Below the pieces are notes generated by a model, which was given only the letters and a program-made list of their open reading frames with translations, had not been told where the DNA came from and made no database searches. This document shows, piece after piece, positions 54,801-64,000 of a stretch of DNA of 64,000 bases. The DNA is from Eutreptiella sp. 'Long Island Sound 2002' (lineage: Eukaryota; Protista; Euglenida), in NCBI GenBank assembly GCA_964036045.1, contig OZ038378.1, forward strand, positions 183,210,001 through 183,274,000, read 5' to 3'. Numbering within the stretch: position 1 is the stretch's first letter; the number at the start of each line of letters is the position of its first letter. The translations under genes and the position numbers were made by a program.

Positions 54801-57800
54801 GCACAGTAATGGTCTCCCAAGGGCCGAAGGACCGGTAGCTGGCCGCCACGGCCTGCAATGCGCAGAGTGCCACTACCCTTGGTGTGGGTACACACAGACG
54901 GAAATGTGCAGGGAAGAGGCTATCCCTACCAGATGCCCCTGACTGTATCCACCGGGTGTGGTGCTGAGCACTGTCGGTACGCAGGGCCCAGCCTGCCAAC
55001 AATGCGGGTGCGTCACCTATTTCCTGGTGCATCGGTTAGCCCTTGAGCTGAGGCTCATCAACGAAGCTCCACAGGCATCACATGGAACCAGCAGTAGAAC
55101 GCCCCACAGGACAGCGGACCAGCGAGACGATGGGCGGGCAGAGGGTGTTTCGCGTCCAACATACGGAGGAGGACATACAAGGAGAGCGAGCCTGTGGCCG
55201 CGTCTAGATATGGCAGCCGTCCAGCGACAAGGCAGGTGCTGATGGCCTCTGGGGCAATCTAACAGCACGGTGTGGCTGGATGTCCTCCTCCTCCTCCTTC
55301 TCCTCCTATGCTCTGCTGCCTCGTACTGTGCTGTGCTGTATTGTGCTGTATTGTGCTGTACTGTGCTGTGCTGTGCTGTACTGTGCTGTACTGTGCTGTG
55401 ATGTGCTGTGTGCTGTGCGTTGTGTCGGTCGCGTTGTGTTGTGTTGTGTTGCATTGTGTTTTGCTGTGTTGTGTTGTGTTGTGTTGTGTTGTGTTGTGTT
55501 GTGTTGTGTTGTGTTGTGTTGTGTTGTGTTATGTTGTGTTGTGTTGTGTTGTGTTGTGCTGTGTTGTGTTGTGTTGTGTTGTGTTGTGTGAGGCTCCAGC
55601 TTGGCCGCAATCTGGACAGTCAGATTGGCAGTCAGCATGCCCCAAAGGCCCCCAAGAATGAAGCCAGGCACGGGAGAGGTCAGTTACAGAGGATGTATAA
55701 GGCCTGGATGAAAGGTGCTCACATGGCAAGCAGCTGTGACACGCCAATACAGTTGTGTGTTGTGCTGTGCTGTGCTGTGCTGTGTCGTGCCACACTGTCA
55801 AATCGGCTGGTAAGAAAACGCACAGCCAGCACATGACATCACACAGCACGCAACGCAACGCAACACACCACAAACACACAATACAACACAACATCGGCAC
55901 AACACACCGATGGCGGCTGCTCGTCTGCGGAACAGTTGCCGTCAGGAAGGTAATGCAGCTCTGTGAGGGACCCTTTGGTCATGAGGGTGCCAAACCACAC
56001 GAGACTATCAGTCAGATTGGGGCTGTTGCGGATCTCACAATGTGATAACTGCCACACTGCCTCGCCGCTCGCAATCTCATCCGCATCCGATGACAGCACC
56101 AGCACATCCTCGGGTCTGTCCAGGGACAAACGGGACGCCAGATCGCGAAAGTGCTGCACTGGCCGGGTGCGCATGCGCTCCTCCAACTCCCAGTCCTCCC
56201 CGAAGCAGCTTTTGAGGAGGATGCGGTCAGCCAAAATGTCGGGGATGTGGTCACATAGGAGGATGATCTTATCCCGGAAGCGACGCCAGCGGTGCATCGA
56301 GGCGTTGAGCATCATCACCTGGCGCGTGAATACCAGTTCAGAATATACTGGCAGTCTTTGTGGGGCCACAACCTCTGGAAGCCAGGACTTTGGCAATCAG
56401 CAAAAAATGGTGCTGGCCAGCAATTAGCTCGAGGTTCAGGCGGTCAGAGGCCAACTGTCTCACTTGTCGAAAATATCACACCAGAGAAAACAATTGCTAA
56501 TGTGGGTGGCAAGGTTGGCCAGGGTCCCTTGCCCTCCACGCTGTCCCGTTGTTCAGCGAACGCCTAAGCCCCCCCCCCCCGATCCTCTCTCAGCCTCTAT
56601 GGCGTGGCTAGTCTAGACTCGTCCTACCCAAAAAAGCACTAGCCCTCTGCAGCTCTCGCCCCAGGTGACGTGAGGCTATCGGGATTGCTCTTTACAACCT
56701 GCTTCCCAATGCGCACACAGCTCCGTTGGTCATAGTTCTTCACCGACTCTGCAATGTCCTTGATATTGATCATGCACAGTGCGCACCTCTACATGGAATG
56801 TTGCGTTTTTGGAAAGCTGCATTGTCACTTGCATAGGCGAAGCAAGGCCTCGACTCTTCCATTCAGTGAGTGTTGTCTTCTTGTGGTTACTCTTGAGTGG
56901 GTTCCAGTGCTTACATCCGTTGGGCAGGATTGTTGCAAGCGACGATTGCTATCATGGACGCCATTGCCCTTCCTACACTACCACTCCCCTTCCTACAGTG
57001 CCATTGCCCTTGCCCCAACCGTTTGAGGATCCACATAGAGCTCGGGAAACATTCACAACCCCACAAATAGGCCTACCTTGAGAAGAGGTGGCGTGTGAAA
57101 CAGGTGAACCATTCAGAGCAACAAGGGGAGACACAAGCAGCTGATCTTCAGAAGGCTTGTTGCTTCGCCTTGTCCCCCTTCATGTTTATTTGTGGGGATG
57201 ATGGCTCCCCTAGGTGAACATGAAGAGGGAAGGGGAGGAGGTGAAGGCAAGGCACAAGGCGGGTGCCGTTCACTGTTCACGAGCTCAACACCAAAAACGC
57301 CTGCGGTTGCACGAAGGATATTCAGGTAGAGGGGGCGCTAGGTCACAAAGGTCGCAGCCTCATATTCCCTCAAGCAAACAAACAAGGAAGGGGAGGAGAC
57401 AAGGCGGAGCAACAAGCTGGTTCCGAGGACCTTCAGAAGCGGCTTGAAAAGCGGCTTGTTGCAAAGCTGCCTCTCCCAGCCTGCAATACCCATGTCGCAA
57501 TTTTAACAAGAGAAAATTCTGTGGCACAAAATTGAAATGTTTTTTGCAGCAAATCCGACTGCTAGCTACACATTGTATGCATCATGATGTGTTGACCAGA
57601 TCTGGAGAACTTGTGGATCCTAGGTTCATTTTTACTTGTTGACACTATTGCACGTTGATATTTTGTCGATTGGGCCTTTTTTGGGCTGCGTAGCTAGTGG
57701 CGAGGCTCGTTGGGATCATGGTTTTTGAGAAAATGTGATATTTTGTTTTGCTACAGTGTTCGTAATTTGTTTTGGCATTTGCATCCTTGCTATTTCCACA

Positions 57801-59952
57801 TTCTTGCCCAACTCGCAAGTCAAATTGCCCGTAGTCAAATCTGGTGAAGGTCATTTCGTCACATGGGTATTCAAGTTATCCGAATGGTTGAAAGCTATTG
57901 TGTTGCCGCAAGTGGTGATGCTGTCACCTCATTACATGAAGCTTTTGCCACTAGCCATTTGAGCAGTTTTGGGTTGAAGGTAGGTGAGGTTAGTTATTTG
58001 AAGCTCTTGGGATGGTATGTTGCAAAGCTTTGGGATGTATTGCCTCTGATTGTGAGCCACCCTGATTTGTCGGATGAGCTTAGGAGTACAGTTGCTGCGT
58101 ACTTTAAGCCTTTGTGGGGGATTGTTTCACAGCATGTTACGTTACTCAGGTAACGCCGCCCCCCCACCACCCACCCCACCCCTTTCCGTGTTACTCAAAA
58201 ATGAGCGGAAACCAAGCCAAAATACTTTGCACCGAATAAACAATGTTACTCAATGGGTGATCTCAAACCCCCACCGAATGTTACCCGAGTAACATAAGGT
58301 GCCATGAAACAATCTCTTGTGTGCCTTTCGCCTGAGTCAAGACTTGTGAACTTGCGTTCATACTATGCGTTCCGTCTGGCCTACCCTTGACAATATGTTC
58401 CCTTGTTGGCATATGTGTGATGTTGAGCTTTCCCGCGAGTGAGCATGACGTCCTTGGTATTTGCTCATCTAGTGAGGGCATATGCGAGGATTTGTACATG
58501 ACAGCAGAGGTACCTGAGGCATGGAGTCTGTGAGTAGCCCCCCCTTAAGAGGAAGAGGAAGTATTCCTCATCCAAAAAGGAAGGCTCACAATGAGGGCAT
58601 ACCGCATCGTTCATCAAGGTGTCTAGTGATACTATGATGTGCTGCTGCATGTTGTGCCTATGGCATGAGAGGACTTTCTCTCGGGCTGTGACAAGGCCTT
58701 CTAGTGACAAGATGGGCTAATGCATGCTTGTTTTTGGATCCAGCACCCTCAAAATATAATATAAAATATGTAATATATATGTAAAAATAGGGGGGCAAAA
58801 TGTTTGTCAAGGTTCCCCCCCAACCCCTGCCTAGCCCTAACCCCGTTGACAAGTATGTGCTCAGAGATGCAGAAGACATGCGTGTTCGAAAATCCTTTGT
58901 GTCTCCAATATATCGATGAGTTTCAGAAAACTGAGGGAGGCTCTTCGTGCCCCAGATGTGCTTTTTAAGGAGCAAAAAGAACAAGGTCCTTAACACCACT
59001 GCCCTTTTCATATGACCAGTGCCTTCCTCATACTACCTTCACGGTAACTACCTTCACGAAAAATCACCCCAGGCTTGATACTGCCGTGGCCACAGTCCAC
59101 CCAGGATGTTTTGCACATGGGTGGGTCTACCCTGCCGTGGGAAGGGGGACGGATGGGTGGGTCAGGCAGGTGCTCCGATCTGTACGAGGGCAATGGCGTT
59201 GAGGGGAGGGCTCGCAAGAAAGCATGCCTTTCCTCTTGGACTTCGGTCAGAGCCCAACACTTCAACACTTTAGGACCCCCCCCCGAAAAAAAGCGCACTT
59301 CAAAGCCCTTCGCAATGTCAACACATACTTTGCGGACCCCGATCTGTGTGGCATCCGTTTCATACAGCACAAAATAGTCCACGGCGTCGTACAGCTCATA
59401 CAGCAGGGCCTCCAGCAGCCGGATGTTGTACCCTATGGGCACAAAATGCAGCACCTGCAGTCGCTTGGGCCTGTAGGCCCCCGTGAACAGCCTCCCCCAC
59501 CGAGGGTTCGAACAGTCCCCGGACTCATCCAGGGGAACTGGGCGCGTTGCGTTCAGTGTCACGCCAACCGGAGGAGCAATCATATACGGCACGAGTGCGT
59601 CCAGAAACTTGCTGTACAATCGCATGCGGTACAGACAGTCTGCGGGCTTGGGGTCCTGTGCCAGCGGTCTGAAAGCCTCCCAATCCATTTGGTTCAGAAA
59701 GGCGGTTATGGTGTGCAACTGGCAATAGTCCGTGGTCCATCGCATGTCAAGCGCCTTCTGAGCGGCCGATTTCGCACACACCCCTCGCCGGGCTCGGTGT
59801 GCGTGAGGCCGCCGCAGCGCTGCCAGCTCGGCCCGCCCCAGGCTCCGATTCCTTCGGAAGCGCCGTGATTTGATCACGAGGAAAAAGAGAAGAAGAAGCA
59901 CTGAATACAGGCTGAATCGTGTGATGTTGCTCCATGAGAAGGAACATTGCAT
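51404..59952 (-). CDS. MGAT3: Spliced GT17 family glycosyltransferase (beta-1,4-N-acetylglucosaminyltransferase III-like), ~511 aa, type II membrane protein
   Basis: Exons 59952-59329, 56318-55908, 54852-54805 (tentative), 51856-51404, all phase 0 and GT-AG. GT17 motifs: LLEALLYELYDAVDYFVLYETD..G.RK, RWRRFRDKII, W.LEERMR, VLSSDADEI, AMHMSS...K, PWIMRQNPEYF. N-terminal TM FSLYSVLLLLFFLVI. The symbol denotes family similarity, not proven orthology. Confidence 0.82.
51980..52105 (+). repeat. (CAGCA/CACCA)n pentanucleotide microsatellite; similar tract at 54635-54730
   Basis: Direct observation. Confidence 0.95.
52105..52412. repeat. Nested foldback palindrome
   Basis: ~72-bp arms at 52188-52260 and 52279-52349 around a ~20-nt loop; outer related arms at 52109-52170 and 52365-52410. 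Confidence 0.8.
52425..54303 (+). repeat. 47-bp minisatellite (~34 units; consensus CCACTGCCCACTGCCCCCAGGCAGTGTGGCGGTGCATTGCAGGAGTT), interrupted at ~52806-52977 and ~54060-54130
   Basis: Periodicity measured directly (52487 to 52534 = 47 bp); units diverged; no spacers. Confidence 0.92.
54805..54852 (-). CDS. GT17 exon 3 (tentative 48-nt exon AVAASYRSFGPWETIT)
   Basis: ttgcag| ... |GTGCTG, symmetric. Joined to exon 4 it gives TIT-ELAQAVWG..LRR, resembling the TVDMLQAVYG..LRR region I recall for MGAT3. Not required for the reading frame. Confidence 0.35.
55320..55590 (+). repeat. (TGCTG/TGTTG)n pentanucleotide microsatellite
   Basis: Direct observation. Confidence 0.97.
55908..56318 (-). 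CDS. GT17 exon 2 (SDADEI motif)
   Basis: Within ORF 55839..56396. Acceptor cgccag|GTGATG restores the K-x10-RF..F.DKII spacing of GT17. The donor TCG|GTGTGT is approximate. Confidence 0.85.
57656..57829 (+). repeat. Young dispersed ~175-bp repeat, copy of 12789-12963
   Basis: Near-identical sequence in the same orientation. Confidence 0.9.
58141..58293. mobile_element. Small MITE-like insertion
   Basis: GTTACTCAGGTAAC at 58141-58154 versus GTTACCCGAGTAAC at 58280-58293 (13/14 inverted match). Confidence 0.5.
58300..58930 (-). mobile_element. Highly decayed retroelement remnants (zinc-knuckle-like and possible GIY-YIG-like fragments)
   Basis: CPHCEPSFLDEEYFLF resembles the LINE C-terminal CxxC..EDE.HFLF.C; RYIGDTKDFRTRM resembles GIY-YIG YIG.T...R. 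Both matches are short. Confidence 0.3.
59329..59952 (-). CDS. GT17 exon 1
   Basis: Within ORF 59008..60018. Likely ATG at 59952, preceded by cttctcAG; TM anchor; ELYDAVDYFVLYE motif; donor AAA|GTATGT. Confidence 0.88.
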
Positions 59953-60299
59953 CAAAACCAGACACTGAGAAGACGCGCATGCGCAGGAGCATTCACAACG
60001 AGGTGGTACTTGCATCACGCACCTTTTGATGTGATGGTGCCCAAGAGGTCCTCGTATGTCGCCCCTGCCCCATAGATGGCCGCATGGGCCCTGACCGTCT
60101 GTTCAAATCATACAGTGTACAACAGAGGCATCATTTAGTGAGGCCTGCTTCACATGGATGCAGCTTGGAGGAATATACTCTTGCCCGCCGTGCAGCTCTA
60201 CCCCTGGAGGGCTTGGAACCAGTGAATCTTCAGTCCAACCTCAGAGCATGAAAGTTAGAGGGTGGGGGGTGCCCGTTCACATGGGCGGTGCGCTTATGG

Positions 60300-63200
60300 A
60301 CCATAAGGAGGCATATAGAAGTTCCTTGAATTGATGCATCGGGGGGTGTGGTGGGGATGCGCTTCCCATCATTGGCCTGGTCTCACGATCCATCCCAGTG
60401 ATACCATACCTGAGGTACCTGCCTTTACACTGCACTGCGTGCTACTTACATCCCCACCTACATCCCCAAACCCCCCTACACAGCCCCCCAAACGCTGCCC
60501 CAAACCAGCCCATGAATAGCCTGGTTGGGCAGTGTTGCTCCCTACATTTCCTCAGGCCAAAAAAAAAAGGCAGAGGACAACAAAACAGTTAATTGGTGGG
60601 CTGCTTGTATAGTTGAAATGCTGCACACTGACGAGGATTTGGTTGGTTCCACAACGGGAAACTTTGCTCCTTCTAGCCTCTAGGTCCCTAGTTGGGCAGG
60701 TTTTAGGGGTCTCAAGCGGAGGTCAGGGGAAGCCCAACCTTTGTACCTCAATCTGATCTTATTGTTTGGCAATTTGGTGATGGTGAGATACAGTGCGGAA
60801 GTGTGATAGATGATTGTCAGACAAAGGGTGCGCAGTGTGCATCGCGTTGTCTGGTAATTGGGTTGGCGTCCCCCTTGGCTGCCAGGTCAGTACTCAAAGT
60901 ATCAAAATATGCCTGCTTGGGGAGGAAGTACCAGTTTCATTTCTCATCTTTGTGCTGCGGAAACAATTCAGTTCTGTGGTGCTTCCCCTGGTCCAACCAC
61001 ATGAATCGACCTGCCATCAGCCGCTTTTCAAAAAAAAAAAATCCACTGAGAAAATGCTTGGGTTACAAAATATTGGAGTTGGAGTTTTCAGCGCCCTGTC
61101 TGTTTCTACAAGCAAACACAAGATAGCCAGGTTGAAAAGCATCGTTCAATCTCTGGACATGGTGCCCAAACAAGCAGCACCAGCAGCACCAGCACGTGCA
61201 CCATTTGATTGGTCCCGTGCGGTAGGTGGGGCAACTCCTCAGCCCTGCTGGGGTTGGTACCTGGTTGTGTGTACGCTTAGGAGGGGGGTATTTTCCACAG
61301 TACTAGGGCGCTAGCCCTGTGTTACATTTCTCATCAGTGGTGGTGGGCACTCTCCAGACTTCACTGCCTTGGGAATGACTGACTGTGAAGCATGCCAACA
61401 TCAGTATGGGAGGGACACCAAAGCGCAGGAGCAGGAGTTGTCAGCAAAGGAACATTTGTCCCACTCTGACCTACTCAAATTCTTTGGCTCCTATTGCGCT
61501 GTTTTCCTTCTTTTGTGTCCCTCTGGCCCCTTTTTCCTTTTGGGTGTGTGCCAAGCATGGGTGTTACCCATCAGTGGTGCACAGCATGTTGAGCCATTTT
61601 GCCAATTGTTTCATGGATTGACTGCCCGTGCAGTGTGCAGTGGGTGTTTCTCCTACCAAAGCCCTGCTGTGGGGCCTAGGCAGCACATTGTGGTGGGTGT
61701 TCGTCCCACCAAGGCCCTGCTGTGGGCCCTAGGCAGTGCTTTGCAATGGGTGTTTGTTGTATCAAATACCACTACAGTGGGGGCCTCGGCAGTGTGCTGC
61801 AGCTTTGTCCTACGAAGGTCCTGCACTGGGGCCTAGGTTTCCATACCGGTCGGGTGGGAGGGGGGGCTACCGACACCATGCGTTGGTGTCCGGGGGTTTT
61901 CCCGGGCTGCAATGGGGAGGGAGATCCGATGGTGTAGTCTCTCCTAAACATGCACCTTCACACTTGCTGTGTCTGCACTTGCAACCAGCTATGCATGCTG
62001 CTTTATGTGCAATTTGGACAGTTCTTGTGATGCTACAAGCACACTTCATAGCCCTTGCTTGATGGATACGTACAAAGGTCTTGTGACAGGCCCTCTAGGT
62101 CCCACTTGTGTGAGCTCAATGTTGCCTTCCTTCATTGATCGTCCTTCCTGCAGCATCAACATCATTCTTTCAGTTCTGGCAATACCTTGTTTTGTTACTT
62201 TGTGGAGCCCCTTGCGTGTGCGATGTTGGTTGCACAGCAGAGATATCGTTTGTTGTCAGCCCTGCCCCTTCTTGCTTTTCTGCACTGAGACCTGAGCTGT
62301 CACCTTGACCTACCGGGGGTGGTGTGGGGGGGGGTGGGCAATTCAAAATTTGGAATGGCAAAATTTGGTGCGGAGAAAATACCAATGAAATATTCGGTAC
62401 AAAGTTCCCAGATTGTGGTACAACAAGTGTAGACCGTGAATGGTGATTGTTATTTCCTAAGGGCCTTTGGGTGGTTGCTGTTATTTCCGAGAGGCTTTTG
62501 GATGGTTGCTGTTATTTCTGGGAGGCTTGGTGCCCGCCAAAGGGGACATGGAGTGCGTGGCACAAGGGAGACGTGCATGCCAAAAGCGCTACAAATGACA
62601 CCTAGAAAAATGGTGACCTACCTTGAACATGGCATAATTGGCACACTCTTATTGTGCCAAATGATGCTGTTTCAAATATCGCCTTTTCCAAACCCGCCCC
62701 CTCACCGGTAATATGGCCATGGCCGTTTCATGTCCAGTAATTTGGGACCAATTACTTGTCGCAGGAGAGGGTGCCTGCCAATGATGGTCCTTGCACATCT
62801 TGCAGTGGTGGCACATAGGAGCGCTTACTGCGCGCCGCATGGTAAGGGTAATTAGCTTTAGTGTACATTGTCCAAGAAATATACGCCGGAACAGAAAAGT
62901 TCTGTGCAAGTCAATGTGCTGACACCATCCTTGTCTATAGAGGAGAGACTCCTCCTAGTTCATCCCCAAAAAACCTTTGTGCTTGGGTCGCGGCACACAA
63001 CCTAAGTGTACAATTGGGCAAACGGATGCTCTCCACTGCCCCGAATGAAGGATTGCCCATCGTTGTACTCGGCTTGCCATCTTGGGTGATCCTTGTTCTG
63101 TGGCTTCGGATATGATATGATACCATGCTTTCTTCCGGGGAAACTGCCATCGAGTAGGATAACCTCCCCCTTATTGATCAGGCGGGGACACATGTGGGCA

Positions 63201-64000
63201 AGATGGCTACACAACCCCTGCTGTCTTGAGGGTCCCCAACGGCAAGCACGGGGATGAGATCGGAAAACGCTATTTGACCACTACCTTCTCCAGGGCCCAT
63301 GCCGTATTGAGTATGGAAAACAAGTGCACCATTCGTGAAGGAGGGAGGCCCAAAAAGGATAATGTGGCAATAAAATGGGAGAAAAAGTGGTGTATGGGGG
63401 CATATGGTATGTAAAAAAAGCGTGTATGTACGCACCACTGTTCCGACTGGATTCTGGGATAATTACCCAAACTGCACACGGCGGGTGCCATGGGATAAGC
63501 ACCCCCACGCTGTACTCGGGCGTTGTCAAGGGCAGAGAGACTAGCAGCTGCCCTGGACTCATAGCGAGCCTGTTTGGCTCGTATGTATGCACAGATTCGT
63601 GCCTGCGTGACATTTGCCACCCCAGAGGACGTGACATGCCAGGAATCATGCATACCACTGGTTTGATGCATCACCTGCAGGCCAATGCATAAGGTCCCCA
63701 GTGGCGGGTGGGGGTCATTTAGGGCCCTGCCAAACTCCAGCCGCTGACCCACCCACCCACATCAGAAAACTTTTCCCTAGGGGAAAAATGAAACTCATTA
63801 AATGGGCCCGAAATTGAGGCACACAGACTTTTCTCTGGCCTCAGACCCCCTGGGGTGGGGTTTTTGCCACAAAGCAATAGCCTGATCACCTGTGGTACTT
63901 TGAGCTCAAAAAAGAACTGCCCCCGCAGCACCTGGACGGTGTTGTTGCAAGTTACAGTCTATGATAAATTCCCTGGACCAGGGTTGCAGCACCAGGGGGC
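60300..64000. other. Lower-GC, probably TE-derived decayed sequence; no supportable gene
   Basis: Only short ORFs with stops and faint RT-like words; no exon pattern. Confidence 0.3.

Noticed and set aside
56319-56396. Longer 5' extension of GT17 exon 2 (acceptor at 56356 or ~56375)
   Set aside because: The first is out of phase with the exon 1 donor; the second inserts residues that break GT17 motif spacing. The acceptor at 56319 fits better.
57863-58153. Protein-like 96-aa plus-strand ORF inside GT17 intron 1
   Set aside because: No recognisable motif; interrupted by a MITE and followed by stops; probably a TE remnant.

Overview
Eukaryotic, repeat-rich genomic DNA; no prokaryotic operons, rRNA or CRISPR. 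The repeat families, TTAGGG-like tracts and GC-rich exons suggest a euglenid-like protist (inference, not checked by search). Two spliced genes lie on the minus strand. (1) A ~31 kb gene (47743->16593) that I could assemble into 12 exons using only GT-AG junctions with matching phases (6318 nt, ~2105 aa). Predicted architecture: N-terminal hydrophobic segment, three tandem ~100-aa repeats resembling phage tail/receptor-binding beta domains, a PAN/apple-like Cys domain, about 11-13 transmembrane segments, about 9-10 ankyrin repeats, and a C-terminal R-S-E class ADP-ribosyltransferase with an intact R / S-T-T / E-x-E triad. This looks like a membrane receptor coupled to a mono-ADP-ribosyltransferase and is the main candidate for an undescribed system. 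The in-frame 231-nt exon carrying the catalytic S and E-x-E is flanked by a perfect 202-bp inverted repeat, which could drive exon skipping or circularisation. (2) A GT17 (MGAT3/GnT-III-like) glycosyltransferase gene (59952->51404). Between the two genes is an orphan ~91%-identical copy of part of an ankyrin exon that retains its splice donor. The rest is decayed non-LTR retrotransposons (APE, RT, RNase H, zf-RVT), a non-autonomous element family with 13-bp subterminal inverted repeats next to telomere-like repeats, MITE-like hairpins, a 47-bp minisatellite and microsatellites. All gene models were made by eye and need RNA-seq and HMM confirmation.
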